From the NCBI RefSeq assembly GCF_009914755.1, contig NC_060947.1: 64,000 nt of DNA; one strand, 5' to 3'. Origin of the DNA: the human T2T-CHM13v2.0 reference genome, Homo sapiens. The notes beneath the pieces were generated by a model. The model saw only the letters and a program-made list of their open reading frames with translations. It did no database searches and was not told where the DNA came from. This document shows, piece by piece, positions 17,044-38,653 of the stretch. How positions within the stretch are numbered: position 1 is the stretch's first letter; each line of letters opens with the position of its first letter. A program made the position numbers and the translations under genes.

Positions 17044-18719
17044 AAATAGTGGAAAACAATGACTATTTAAAGTGGAATATGTTAGTAAATCTGAGAGAAA
17101 GTAGAAAACACTTAGAAAACATTTCAAATATTTAAAATGCTATAAAAGCAAGTCAAAAATCAGAAAAAAAATTGTATGCTAGAATGAAACATGGCATGTA
17201 AAATTATGTTTCAAAATTATTTACTAGGCTACTGCATGTTTTTACAAAATATTCATGATGCATTATTTGAAATCATTTATAAGAGAATGGCACAAAATTG
17301 TTGACCTCAACCTAAAACCTAAGTATAAATACAGATAAATATGTGGAAAGATCCACCTATAAATTTTATCAAGTATTATATCCACATTATGATGTTACTG
17401 GTATTATGGTATTATTTCATTACTGCTATTCAAGTTTTTCATACCTTTTATGTGTTTTCCAAGTTATTCTGCAATAAATAGGAATTATGCTCATGGTCAG
17501 AAAAAAAAAGATATCAACAAAAATGTATTTTTCTTTGGCAGAATTCTGATAAGAATAACTTGGAAAAGTGTAAAATTTGTTTTTGGCAGTTATTTTTCCT
17601 CTTTTGACTCCCTAAATCTATATATACTCAGCCTGTTCAGTTACACTTCTTGCCTTTCCATGTTCCTGACTACTAACCATAATAAATGTTAACTTATTAT
17701 AAATTATGAGGATAAACAGATATATTCACATTAACGATGTGACAGATTACAGTATAGCAAGGAAGGTCCAGAATGAATGCATTAAATGCGATTTTTTTCA
17801 TGTGCAGGGACTACAATACAGATCAAAACATCCTCAACACATGCTAACAGAACTGACATTTTATTGAAAAACACAGATAATTTTTTAAAACTAGTAAAAT
17901 TCTTAGTATACACAGGAGTGCTAAATTATATGTATTTATGCTGATATATGTTATTACATTATATATTAAATGTTATTTACCATATTATTAAATAACATAT
18001 ATTTTTAGTCTTCTATAGATTGACTTTTATTATCTCAATGGTCTTCTTTGAAGACCAATTTTAATTTTTTCAAAGTCTATTTTATCAACTTATTTTTAAT
18101 CAATTTTATGTTTATATTTTGATATCATATATAATTTAATGGTCAAAAATATTTTCTGTCATTTTTTTTTCATAGAATTTTATAGCTTGACATTTTGGCC
18201 TAAGAGTGTGTTAATTTCTGTATATGGTTTGAAATATGGATCAAAGTTCATGTTTTTCATATGTGTATCACATTTTCCCAGCATCATATTGTTTAAATAC
18301 TATCATTTCTTCATTAGATTGACTTTACAATTTAGTCAAAATGAATTGGTGACATGTATGGGTAATTCTGGTCCTTCTATTTCTATTCATCCATCCTTTC
18401 TTGAGGCTCACACTACATTGGCTAAACTAGTTACAGAGTAAATCTGGAAATTACCAGTGTAGATTCTCCAAGTTTGAGATTCTCTTTCAGATTGTTTTGC
18501 ATATTCTAGTTTATTCACCTTTTATATTAGCTTTGGAATCATCATGCTAATGTCTACAAATATTTTTCTGGGACATTGGCTGGAATTGCATTAACTCTAT
18601 AGATCAATAAGACTCTATAAATCTATAGATTTGAATCCTTCAATCCGTAAATATGATACTCCTCTCCACTTAATAATTATTTACTTTTTAAGTGTGTTTA
18701 CTTGCACTCTTAGCATACA

Positions 18720-19176
18720 GATATTTTTGGTTTTTAATTGATAACTGTAACAAACTGCCACAAATTTAGTTGTTTACACAACACAAATATATTAGAGTCT
18801 AAAGGTCAGAAATCTAAATTAGGTTTATCTCAGCTAAAATGAAGGCATTGGCAGGGCTTTGTTCCTTCTGTTGGCTCCAGAGGAGAATCTACTTGATTGT
18901 CTTTAGAAGATCATTCTTTGGCTCATGGACTTTACCTCCACCTCTATTGAATACTGTAGCATTTTCCAATGTTTCTCTTATTCTAACCACCTTCCTTCTA
19001 CTTATAAGAACCCTTGTGATTATGTTGGACTCACCTAGATAATCTAGGATAATCCCAATCTCAAAATATTTAGTCATATCTGCAAATTTCCTTCTACCAT
19101 AAAATGTGATGTTTTTGAGTTCAGGGGTTGCTCTGTAAACATCTTTTGGAGGGGGACTGTTATTCTGCATACCACA
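18720..19176 (-). mobile_element. MLT1 LTR (unit 2 copy)
   Basis: Paralog of 4525-5006. Confidence 0.7.
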
Positions 19177-20106
19177 GAGATCCTATAATTTGTATTTAGA
19201 GTTTCACCTAAATATGTTATGTTTATATTATTTTATGTTTTAATTAGGTGGATTTAATCATTGTATAATATATACATATATCCAAACATCATGTTGTACA
19301 CCTTAAATATATACAAAAGTTATGTCAGTTAAACCTTAATAAATTGGTAGAAACACGGATGAATGATACAAAAAAGTATTTCACTGAAAGAAAAACCACA
19401 AATAACAGTGAATAGAGTACTCTTTTGAGAAATCATAAAAGAGATATGATACTAACTAAATTCTCTTCTTTCGTTTTAGGATATGACTTAAAATTATATA
19501 AGTACACATGCATTCACTATAATACAGTTTTAGAAATTATATACTAAAAAGTGTTATCACTTTGGAAATTTCTATGTACATACAGCATTTCCAACTGACA
19601 GAATTTTTTTACTGTTCAGAATGTTCCCCCGCCCCCAATGAAAAAGATGCTATGTAATCTATTAGAGCAATTGTTTTAATATTGAAAAAGATACTTCAAC
19701 TGATTGTTTTTTTACTTCCAGACATTAATGGTCTTATACATATTCATCCATTCTGAACGTAACAAAACAAACTAAAATCCTGCCTGTAACCATATAGTAA
19801 TTGTTTTTTATACTTTCTCCCTTTTGATGTATATGCTATAACCTCTATTTCCATTGGAATCAAATTTGTATTAATAACTTACTATTTATAACATTTTTAA
19901 CACATTTCTGCAATATAAGTAGCTTATTTATAACCTACTTCTCAAAAATGCATACTAGTTTCATGCTGCAGATGGCCTCACACCATCCGGCACTTGTCTT
20001 ACTCTTTTGCCCTCTCTCTCTTTTTTTGTGTGTTTGTGTGTGTGTGTATTTCCCTCTATCTCTCTCCATTAGGTTAAGAGTTAAGAAGTGTCAACACAAG
20101 AAAATG

Positions 20107-20404
20107 GGACCAGGCGTGGTGGCTCACGCCTGTGATCTCAGCCATTTGGGAGGCTTAGGTGGGTGGATCAGGAGGTCAGCAGTTCGAGACCAGCCTCATC
20201 AACATGGTGAAACCCCATCTCTACTAAAAATACAAAAAGTAGCCAGGTGTGTTGGGGCACACCTGTAATCCCAACTACTCGGGAGGCTGAGGAAGGAGAA
20301 TCCCTTGAACCTGGGAGATAGATAGAGGTTGCAGTGAGCCCAGATCACACCGCTGCACTCCAGCCTGGGCGAAAGAGCAAGACTCTGTCACACACACACA
20401 CACA
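20107..20404 (+). mobile_element. AluS element with tail converted to (CA)n
   Basis: Two-arm Alu; TSD aagaaaatggg on both sides; absent from unit 1 at ~5960. Confidence 0.9.
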
Positions 20405-21008
20405 AAGAAAATGGGGAGAGAAGACTAGGAGATATCTCTTGAGTATCAATTCCATCATACCCTTCCATTGTTCATACATATTCTTAAAAAACGGGGAAAA
20501 AAGATAATGAAAAAGAGTGAAATATTCTTGGGTGGACTATGCTTAATCCTTCATAAATTGGTGACTTAAGGCTTTGAAAGGTATTTTAAAAGTCAATGAG
20601 AAAATGTTTTAGTCTTTGACAGAAAATGGACGCTGTGGATCAGCAATGAAGGGACCTGAGAGGCAGGAGAGTCTTTTGGGAGCGCTAAAGGAGAATCCTT
20701 GCAAATGATGACTAGTTGATAAGTGAAAAAAGTTTAGAGAATTTAGGAATCTGGAGTAAAGCATTCCAGCTGACGAAGAATGGCTGTGGCCTCTATCCAA
20801 TGTATTTCCTATTTGAGCCAAGCCTCATTTGGCAAAAATAAATTCTTAAGGAACCTAAGTGCATGCGTTTTCTCAGGAGTCCACAATTCCTATGTACAGT
20901 CGTCTAGAAGGCACAAAAAGTTCCTTGAAGTGTAGCCCAGCACTGAGGAGTGGGTGCACAGGATGCAAAACAGGCATCACCATGCTCGCAGCTACACCCC
21001 CATCCTCA

Positions 21009-21137
21009 GGGACACCACATATGCAGTGCATGCTGTACATTACCCTTCTCAGAAAGGTGAAATTTATATTTTAGTTCACATAAATGACACCTCCCTGTGA
21101 AAGGCACTGTACGCTGAATGGCTGAATGTGGCATCCC
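21009..21137 (-). ncRNA. MIR513A1: pre-miR-513a-1 hairpin (5p 21084-21101 UUCACAGGGAGGUGUCAU; 3p UAAAUUUCACCUUUCUGAGAAGG)
   Basis: Minus strand reads GGGAUGCCACAUUCAGCCAUUCAGCGUACAGUGCCUUUCACAGGGAGG..., matching recalled hsa-mir-513a-1. Confidence 0.95.
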
Positions 21138-21292
21138 AGACCAAATGCTCCCTTTTCATGCTGTTTTTATTCAAGTCCCTATAGGTGTATGCCTTCGCAT
21201 GGCCACCAAGATTTATGCCAAGGGACAATGCAACTTGTAACCCCCAGCACTCCCCTTTTCATCCTGCCCCGAGTGAGATTTTGACATGCAGA

Positions 21293-21465
21293 TTTTTGTT
21301 TTGTTTTTGTTTTCAGATGAAGTCTGGCTCTGTCACCCAGTCTGGCATGCATTGGCGTGATCTCAGCTCACTGCAACCTCCGCTTCCTGGGTTCAAGCAC
21401 TTCTCCTGCCTCAGCCTCCCGAGTAGCTTAGGTTAAAGGCACACACCACCTCGAATGGCTAATTA
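21293..21465 (-). mobile_element. Alu right-arm fragment, antisense
   Basis: T-rich tail followed by tctggctctgtcacccag...cctcagcctcccgagtagct; flanked by the duplicated motif aca(t/c)gcagattttt. Confidence 0.85.
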
Positions 21466-21584
21466 ACACGCAGATTTTTAGACTGATCAAGAATAGAGCT
21501 TTTCACTTCATCTCTTCCCCAAAGGCGAGTAATCCTTGTCTGAATTATCCCATTAGTTTTCACGTTAATTTGCTTGTCTCATTA

Positions 21585-22210
<626 letters not shown>

Positions 22211-23016
22211 CCCAAAAACTTTTAAAATTACAGTTAAGTAGGCAGGGCCAACCACTCACCAAAGCTCTCTATGGTCCTAAAACTCCAGCTGTGCTGCACA
22301 GACCCTAATTCCAATGGAAAAACCACAGAATACAACCACCTGGATCCAAACTACTAGAGAAGAGTCAGACAGTACCAGGTTGGAGAGAGCAGAAATTTAA
22401 TTTCTTCTTCAGGCTATGCAGTGGGAAGAACCCATAGAAATTAATACGAGAGACAGACAAGACAGATAATGGGCTGGAAGACAAGAAATGCTATTTAATT
22501 TTTCTTAGTTCCATGGTTCTTTATAGTACATTTATTTGGGCTCAGTCTCTCTCTCTCGCTGTGTGATTAACAATTAATAGTGCTAGGATTTTTTAGCTTT
22601 AATATTTACTGTTTGCATTAATATATTTTCCATCCTTTTACCCAACTTTCACGTAGGTCTTCATATTTAAAATGGTTTCGTTTTAGAAAGTGTACAGCTG
22701 TTTCTTATTTTTACATAATTTGACAGTGTCTCTCTTAATTGAAGCATTTATATCATTTATTATAATTATTTATGTACATGCGTTTAAATCTACTGGCTTT
22801 CTAGTTGTTTTCTGTACTTCATCCTTTTGTAATTCCTAATTTTCCTGTTTTTCTGCCTGATGGTAGATTTAGTATTTTTATCATTCAGTTATATTTTCTG
22901 CACTCTTGGCTTATTAGTTGGTCACTTTAAAAGAATAGCGGTTGCTCTGGAGTTTTCAGTGTTCATATTTAATTCATCACAGTCTATCTATCTTCAAAGA
23001 ATATTTTACTAGTTTA

Positions 23017-23445
23017 TGAACCCTGAACATTTGAGGCAGGTCTCAGTTAATTTCAGAAGTTAATTTTTCCAAGGTTGAGGATGCACACCCATTACCCAGC
23101 CTCAGGAGGTCCTGAGGGCGTGTGCCCAAGGTGGTCAGAGCACAGTTTGGTTTTAAATATTTTAGGGAGACATGAGACATCAGTCAAAATATGTAAAATG
23201 AATGTTGGTTAGGTCCGGTCCAAAAAGGTGGGACAATTCAAAGTAGGGAGGAGGCTTCCAGGTCACAGGTAGATGAGAGAGAAATGGTTGCATTCTTTTG
23301 AGTTTACTGATGAAGGTTTCCAAAGAAGGCAATCAGATAAACATTTATCTCTGTGAGCAGAGGGATGACTCTGAATAAAATGGGAGGCAGCTTGAATTTT
23401 CCCTTTAACTTAGCGATTTTGGGACTGAGATATTTCCCTTTCACA
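23017..23445 (-). mobile_element. MER4A-like LTR (unit 3 copy)
   Basis: Paralog of 1-457. Confidence 0.7.
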
Positions 23446-23749
23446 TCCATATCTTCATCTTTACCATTTTCTGGGTTTCGAATTTTTATGTGGTGATTCA
23501 TGTTTCTGCCTGGTATTTTATCTGCCTGAGGAAATGTGTTAACATTGTTATATTTATAATGGGGTGAAGAATCTAAATGTCCTTTGTCCAAAAAAATTAT
23601 CTTGTCATTTTTGTGTTTATTATAGAGATAATTGTGAGCCCATCAAATGAAATATTTATCTCTCAAAATAGTTTGTTTTGCTTTTTTCTAATTGTAAATT
23701 TCTAAGAAATTTACAGTTCCTATCTCTGTGGTAAATTTCCTCATTTGCT

Positions 23750-26045
<2,296 letters not shown>

Positions 26046-27659
26046 TTAAATACTGGAAAAAAAAAAACACTAAAATGGAATTGTTTAGTGAATCTGAGAA
26101 AAAGTAGAAAAGACTTAGAAAACATTTAAAATATTTAAAATGCTATAAAAGTCAGAAATCAATCAGAAAAAAATGTATGATATAATGAAACGTGGTACAT
26201 AAAATCATTTTTCATAAAATATTCATGATGCATTATTTGAAATCATTTATAGGAAAATAGCACAAAATTGTTGACCACACCTAAAACATAAGTATAAATA
26301 CAGATAAATATGTGGAAAGATCCACATCTTAATTTTATCAAACACTGTATCCACATTATGATGTTAATGGTATTATGCTATTATTTCATTACTGCTTTTC
26401 ATGCTTTTCATACCTTGTATGTGTTTTCCAAGTTGTTCTTCAATAAATAGGAATTACCCTCATGGTCAGAAAGATATCAATAAAAATATAATTTGCTCTG
26501 ACAGAATTCTGATATAAGAATAACTTGGAAAGATGTAAAATTTGTTTTTGGCAGTCATTTTGCCTCTTTTGAGTTCCCTAAATCTATATACTCAGCCTGT
26601 TCAGTTAGAGTTCTTGCCTTTCCATGTTCCTACTAACCAAAATAAATGTTAATTTATTATAAATTATGAGGATAAACTAATATATTCACATTAACGATGT
26701 GACACAATTATAGTATAGCAAGGAAGGTCCAGAATGAATATGTAACCATTAAACCAGATTTGTTCATGTGTTGGGACAACACAGATCAAAACCATCTCAA
26801 CCCATGCTAACAGAACTGACATTTTATTGAAAAACAGATAATTTTTAAAAAGTAAGTAGAAAAATTCTTGGTATACACAAGAGTGTTAAATTATATGTTC
26901 TTATTTATGCTGATATATGTTATTTATTATATTATTAAATTACATGCATTTTTAGTATTCTGTAGTTTGCATTTTTGTTATCTCAGTGGTCTTATTTGAA
27001 GACAAAGTTTGACTTTTTAAAAAAGTCTATTTTTAATCAATTTTATTTTTATATTTTGATATCATAGATAATAATTTAATGGCCAAAAATATTTTCTCTC
27101 ATTTATTTTAATGAAATATGATAGTTTGACCTTTTGGCCTAAGATTGTGTTAATTTAATTTCTGTATATGGTTTGAAATATGGATCAAGATTCATATTCT
27201 TCATATATATATCACATTTCCCAGCATCTCGTTGTGTAAATATTAATATTATTATTTCATTTCTTCATTAGATTGACTTTACAGCTTAGTCAAAATGAAT
27301 TGGTGACATACATAGATATTTCTGGTCTTTCCATTCAATTTGTCCATCCTTCAGTACCACACTATATTGGCTAATCTAGTTAGACAGTAAAGCTGAAAAT
27401 TACAAGTGTAAATTCTCCAGCTTTGTGATTCTCTTTCAGATTGTTTGTTTTGGATATTCTAGTTTATTCGCTTTTATATCAGTTTTAGAATCATCATGCT
27501 AATGTCTACAAATGTCCTTCTAGGACATTGGCTGGAATTTCATTAACTCTATAGAGCAATAGAACTCTGTAAATTTATAGATTTGAATCCTTCAATCGAT
27601 AAATATGATACTCCTCTCCACTTACTTAGTAATTATTTGATTCTCTTAGTATATTTACA

Positions 27660-28124
27660 GATGTTTTTGGTTTTCTACTGATACTGTAAGAAATTGCCAC
27701 AAATTTAGTTGTTTACAACAACACAAATTTATTATGTTAGAGTCTAAAGGTCAGAAATAATATAAATTAGCTTTACCTCGGCTAAAATGAAGGCATTGGC
27801 AGGGCTTTGTTCCTTCTGTTGGCTCTAGAGGAGAATCTACTTGATTGTCTTTAGAAGATTCTACTTGCTTCCTCCATTCTTTGGCTCATGGCCTTTATAC
27901 CTTTTCCAATGTTTCTCTTATTCTAACCACCTTCCTTCTACTTATAAGGAACCCTGTGATTATGTTGGGCTCACCTAGATAATCTAGGATAATCCCAATC
28001 TCAAAATATTTAATCATATCTACAAATTTCTTTCTACCACAAAATGTGATGTTTTTGAGTTCAGGGGTTACTCTGTAAACATCTTTTGGAGGGGGACTGT
28101 TTGTTTGTTATTCTGCATACCACA
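27660..28124 (-). mobile_element. MLT1 LTR (unit 3 copy)
   Basis: Paralog of 4525-5006. Confidence 0.7.
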
Positions 28125-28294
28125 GAGATCTTGTAATTTGTATTTAGACTTTCACCTAAATATTTTATGTTGTGTTTTAATTAGCTTGATTTAATCATTG
28201 TATAATATATACATATATCCAAACATCATGTTGTACACCTTAAATATATACAAAGTTGGTAGAAACACGGATGAATGATACAAAAAAGTATTTC

Positions 28295-31728
<3,434 letters not shown>

Positions 31729-32465
31729 TGAAAGAAAAACCATAAATACCAGTGAATATAGTACTCTTTTTGAGAAATCCTAAAAGAGATAGTACTCTTT
31801 TTGAGAAATCCTAAAAGAGATATAACTAAATTCTCTGTCTTTGTTTCATTTTACGATATCACTTATTTAAGTACACATGAATTCTCTCTAACACAGTTTT
31901 AGAAATTATATGCTAAAAAGAGTTAGTTATCACTTTGGAAATTTCTACACACATACAGTATTTCCAACGGACAGAATTTTTTTTTATTATTCAGAATGTC
32001 CCCCTGCCTCCAATGAAAAAAGTTCTATATATTCTATTAGTACAATTGTTTTAATATTGAAAAAGATACTTCAACTGATTTTTTTTACTTCCAGACATTA
32101 ATGGTCTTATACATATTCATCCATTCTGAACCTAAAAAAACAAACATAAACTAAAATCCTGCCTGTAACCATATAGTAATTGTTTTTTTATAGTTTCTCT
32201 CTTTCGGTGTATATGCTGTAACCTCTATTTCCGTTGGAATCAAAATTGTATTAATCAATCACTTACTATTTATAACATTTTTAAACACATTTCCCCAATA
32301 TAAGTAGCTTATTTATATATAACCTACTTCTAAAAAATGCATACTAGTTTCATGCTGCAGATGGCCTCACACCATCTGGCACTTGTCTTACTCTTGTGCA
32401 CGTGCGTATTTGCCTCTTTCTCTCTCCATTAGGTTGAGTTAAGAAGTGTCAACACAAGAAAATGG

Positions 32466-32889
<424 letters not shown>

Positions 32890-33354
32890 CTACGCTTAAC
32901 CCTCCATAAATTGGTGACTGAAGGCTTTGAAAGGTATTTTAAAAGTCTATGAGAAAATGTTTTAGTCTTTGACAGAAAATGGACACTGTGGATCAGCAAT
33001 GAAGGGACCTGAGAGGCAGGAGAGTCTTTTGGGAGCGCTAAAGGAGAATCCTTGCAAATGATGACTTCTTGATAAGTGAGAAAAGTTTAGGAATCTGGAA
33101 TATAGCCTTCCAGCTGACGAAGAATGGCTGTGGCCTCTATCCAATGTATTTCTTATTTGAGCCAAGCCTCATCTGGCAAAAATAGATAAATTCTTAAGGA
33201 ACCGAAGTGCATGCGTTTTCTCAGGAGTCCACAGTTCCTATGTATAGTCATTTAGAAGGCACAAAAAGTTCCCTGAAGTAGCCCAGCACTGAAGAGTGGG
33301 TGCACAGGATGCAAAACAGGCATCACCATGCTCGCAGCTACACCCCCATCCTCA

Positions 33355-33482
33355 GGGACACCACATATGCAGTGCATGCTGTACATTACCCTTCTCAGAA
33401 AGGTGAAATTTATATTTTAGTTCACATAAATGACACCTCCCTGTGAAAGGCACTGCACACTGAATGGCTGAATGTGGCATCC
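33355..33482 (-). ncRNA. MIR513A2: pre-miR-513a-2 hairpin
   Basis: Same mature arms as 513a-1; flank reads CAGUGUGCAGUGCC as in recalled hsa-mir-513a-2. Confidence 0.95.
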
Positions 33483-33530
33483 AAGAACAAATGCTCCCTA
33501 TTCATGCCGTTTTTTTTCAAGTCCCTATAG

Positions 33531-33817
<287 letters not shown>

Positions 33818-33951
33818 ACACACAAATTTTAGGCTTAGCCAGAATATAACATTTCACTTCATCTCTTCCCCAGAGATGTGTAATCCTTGTCTGGATTATC
33901 CCATTAGTTTTCGCGTTAATTTGCTTGTCTCATTAAAAATCCTCAATATCA

Positions 33952-34419
<468 letters not shown>

Positions 34420-36069
34420 TGTACACAAATAATCATGAGCTGAGGCAAATTAAAAGACCTGGATTCTTCTAGCTCTGGCCCTTGATAGCATGTAGAAGTC
34501 AGACCACATGATCGTCAAGACCGAGTGTTTCTATGTACCATTCTCATTCATCTACTAAACATAACCCCTGAAAGACAGACAGAGAAGCACATAGCTCAGT
34601 GTTAGTGCTGAGTCACGGTCAAGGAGCCATAGTTCACTGAACAGAATGATTCTAAATATCTCAAGCATTTTACTGCATTTTTTGAATTCCATGAAAAGCA
34701 ACCAAAGTTAGATTCTACAGAAATATTTATATATATCAATCAATCAATCAATCAATTTAGCTTTTCTCTTAAGTATTTGGGCCCTTGAGCTATCTCCCCA
34801 AAAAGTTCTCAAGGGGAAAAAAATACACAGACACAATACTCCCTCCTTCAAACACCAGTACAGGTACTACTTCTCTTCCTCTGCATCACCCACCCCTCAG
34901 TAGCTTCAAAGGAGTCTTTCCAGCAACCTGGCACATCATAGCAGGAGATTCTAAGACCCACTGCTCCATGAAACCACATACACAGACACATATACGCCCA
35001 AGTAAACAATATTAAAAAGAATGAGAATACAACAAAATATGAATACAAAAAAACTAACCATAAACAGAATTGATAAGCCATCGAAAGAACCCTAGCAATA
35101 CACAATGCAAAGTTCCAACAACATATGTGCAAATTAATATGCAAATTAAAATATAACCGAAATCACACAGTGAAATCCAAATAACAACAAAAAGAAAATA
35201 CAAAATTGCAAGCAATGTACGTAAAGAAATACCAATCAAAACACCAATGACCAAGAGCATGGCAAATCTGAAAACAAATTCAAACAAACACATATAATCC
35301 CAAAGGAGCCAAAGTCAAACAAACAAAGCAAAACCATACACATGAAATAAACTGATAAGAATAGCAAAAGCAAAACAAAAACAAAACAGAGATCCAACCT
35401 CAAACAAAAACAACATAACAAAATCCTCATGCTACATGCCCCGTGCACACACAAATGTATGGGCACATACACCAAAGTGCACACAGATACATGTATTACT
35501 CCCCCCATCACCATATAAACACAAACAAATGTGCTAGAACACATGTTAAAAACTCACAATCACCAACAAATATATCAGGGTATCTGAGCCTCAAAGCCCA
35601 AGGAAATCCTATGAGTGCAAGAAGGATGGAAATAGATACGATGAAGGGTAGCCACATGTAGTTGAATGGTAATACTATTAGGAAAGAAAGTAGAGTAGTT
35701 TTCTTCTATTTCATTGTAACCTACATTTCCCATCAAGTTCTTGAGTTGGGGAGGGGCATGTGGTTGTTTGGAGATGGGAAACAAACTCAAATTACACAAT
35801 CCATATTTGCCAGCACTTGACTATAATTTGATAGGGTTTACCTGAAAGGAGGCATCAAGCTCTCTCACATTTTTCAGCACAGAAGTGTAAAAGACTCACT
35901 GCTCCAGTCGTGTCTGTCTGTCTCTTTCAGTCTGGCTCTGCTTGATTGTCTTTCTCTTTCTCTTTCTCTTTCTCTCGTAACAGCCATAGTTTAAGAAGAG
36001 ATATCTTGAAAACACGGAAAGAGAAAAGTCAATACAATATTTCCTAATTTTTTAAGAGGTCAGAGAAGG

Positions 36070-37290
36070 GAGTTACTGTGTGGCCTGGAGCAGGTGATTC
36101 TGACTACCAAGGGAAAATTGGAGTACTACTCCACAATGGAGGTAAGGAAGAATATTTCTGAAATACATAAGATGTCTCTTAGTATTACTATGCCTTGTGA
36201 TTAAGGTCAGTAGAAAACTACAACAACCCAATCCTGGCAGGACTACTAATGGCCCAGACCCTTCAGAAATGAAAGTTTGGGTCACTCTACCAGGTAAAAT
36301 ATAATGGCTGAGGTGCTTGCTGAAGGCAAAGGGAATACAAAATGGGTAGTGAAGAAAAGTAGTTGTAAATACCAGCTACCACCAGATGACAGTTACAGAA
36401 ATGAGAATTGTAGTTCCCATGAGTATTTTCTACTTATATTTTTATTAATATACTTCTGTGTTTTCTTGTCTCTCTTATCCCCTTATCATGTAACGTAAGG
36501 TGTACTGATATTATATCATAGTTATTAACCGTTGTTAACTTTAAATAATCATAGTATTGATGTTATGGAACACCAAGGAGAAGAGTAAACAAACAACACT
36601 CCAGGACTTTATCTCCTCTTCTGGTGAAGTGGTTCATGAATTCTGGGTTGTATAAATGGTAGTTGTATCTTATTAAATGAAATTATGACCTTGGTATTTT
36701 TCTCATTTGATGATTAAATATAATTTAAGGAGATGCGTATAAGTGACAACATGACAAGGAGTGAACTTGTGATGATTAATTCTATATTTCAACCTGACTG
36801 GGTCATGGAGTGCCCAGACATTTGGTCAGTCATTATTCTGGGTGTTTCTGTGAAGGTCTTTTTGGATGACATTAGCATTTAAATCAGTAGAATGAGTAAA
36901 GCAGACCACCCTCCCTAATGTGGATGGATGGGCCTGCACCAATCAGATGAAGGTTTAAATGGAACAAAAAGGCTGACTCTCCCCTGAGTTAGAGAGAATT
37001 CCTCCTGCCTGACTGCCTCCAAACTGGGGCATCTCATTTTTTTTCTGGCATTGTACACAAATTAAAACATTAGCTCTTCCTGGGTCTCAAACCTGCTGGC
37101 CTTTGGACTGGAACTACAAAATGGTTTGTTCTACTGCTTCTTTGGCCTCTGGACTTGGACTGCAACTATACCATCAGTTCTCCTGGGTCCCCAGCTTGCT
37201 GACCCATCCCCCTGCAGATCTAGGAACTCACCAGCCTCCATAGTTGCCTGAGGTTATTCCTTGCAGTATCCTTATAATAAATATCTTAAG
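36070..37290 (+). mobile_element. ERVL internal 3' fragment (36070-36767) plus MLT2 LTR (36768-~37290)
   Basis: PPT-like tgacaaggagtgaact followed by tgtgatgattaattctatatttcaacctgactggg...gacatttggtca (MLT2 start). Confidence 0.75.
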
Positions 37291-37388
37291 GGATTTATTT
37301 TAAAAATAGACTTCTATAATAATTATATACATATATATTTGCTCAATCATTGTCCTGGGTGTTTCTTTGAAGGTCTTATAAGACCTGA

Positions 37389-37560
37389 TCCAGAATCTGA
37401 GGGTGCCTGGGGTACCTGTGAAAAGTATGTCCTGTAGGTTTTTTAAGCATTTATTCCTTTTTCTCCACAAAAGGACTACAAAACACTGGGAACAAGATTT
37501 GAGGTAGGAACATGATCCTTTTTCTGCATCCTTTTCCTTTTTCTGTGAATGTCATATGTA

Positions 37561-37619
<59 letters not shown>

Positions 37620-38177
37620 GGATATATAAACCCCTTTGTATATGTAAAGTTTCCAGAAGTATATGTACACACATGTTCATACATATATGTTCTCATCACT
37701 TCATCCGTTCCCATAATAGTTAAGACCAGCTAAAAACATATAAATAGTTCAAATGAAAGCAAATTTGGGGTATCATATCAAACTCCACTGATATGAGATT
37801 ATCATCACGGATACACAGGAATATTAAAGGGAATTTGAGTGTATCTAAGCCTTGAGGAGATCACTTCGTAAGAAAGATGGTTCATGGAGTTTGGAGTTCA
37901 GCAGGGAAGGGCAGGAGGATATTTGTGCTCCCTGAAAAGAAGGCTTAAATATTGTGAGGAAAGAAGATCAGTGTAAACTTCTCAGGGGTTTATAAGGCAA
38001 GAAGTGTATTTGGGTTGTTATAGAGAGAAAAGACTAAGAGGTACAAGAGAAAAAGAAGTATCATGTTCCTACCTCAAATCTTGTTTCCAGTGTAGTCAGT
38101 CATTTTGTGGAGAAAAAGCAATAAATAATTGAAAAACCTACATGAGAGACTTTTCCCAGGCACCCTCAGATTCTGGA
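37389..38177. repeat. Inverted repeat, arms ~37389-37516 and 38060-38177, spacer ~540 bp containing (TG)n(TA)n
   Basis: Exact reverse-complement blocks: 37389-37411/38155-38177 (23 nt), 37491-37516/38060-38085 (26 nt), 37458-37472/38103-38117 (15 nt). Confidence 0.9.
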
Positions 38178-38295
38178 GCAGATCTCTCAAGAGGTACTTC
38201 AGAGAGTACCTGGAAATGGCTCATCACTAAAGGTTGGGTACCAAGGCTCAAGGGAGGGCAGTATTGTCACTGAAATTCCACTCGTCATTACCAAT

Positions 38296-38419
38296 GCCAC
38301 CACAAATGTTGTCCATGTTGCACATTACTCTACTCAGAAGGGTGCCTTACAAATATTAATCTATTAAGTAACACCTTCCTGAATAAGGCACTACACATAG
38401 TATGGCTGATGGTGGTGGC
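38296..38419 (-). ncRNA. MIR506: pre-miR-506 (3p 38329-38349 UAAGGCACCCUUCUGAGUAGA)
   Basis: Matches recalled hsa-mir-506; terminal gccaccac/gtggtggc stem. Confidence 0.97.
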
Positions 38420-38559
38420 GCTGACCATCTTAATAGTAACACGGGGAAACTACAGATGAGGCTATTCCCAGAGAACCTCATCCTCTAGGTTTTACCCCAC
38501 AGAATTCTCTTTAAAGGGTTGTATGAGTTGACCCATCACTGAGTGGGTAGTTCTGACTT

Positions 38560-38653
38560 GTATCTGTTGTGCATTATTTCACTCCAAAAGGTGCAAAACA
38601 TATTTCTAGACACATGCATGGCACTTCTTGAAGTGAAGCACTACACACAGCAC
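38560..38653 (-). ncRNA. MIR507: pre-miR-507 (mature 38578-38598 UUUUGCACCUUUUGGAGUGAA)
   Basis: Matches recalled hsa-mir-507. Confidence 0.96.
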
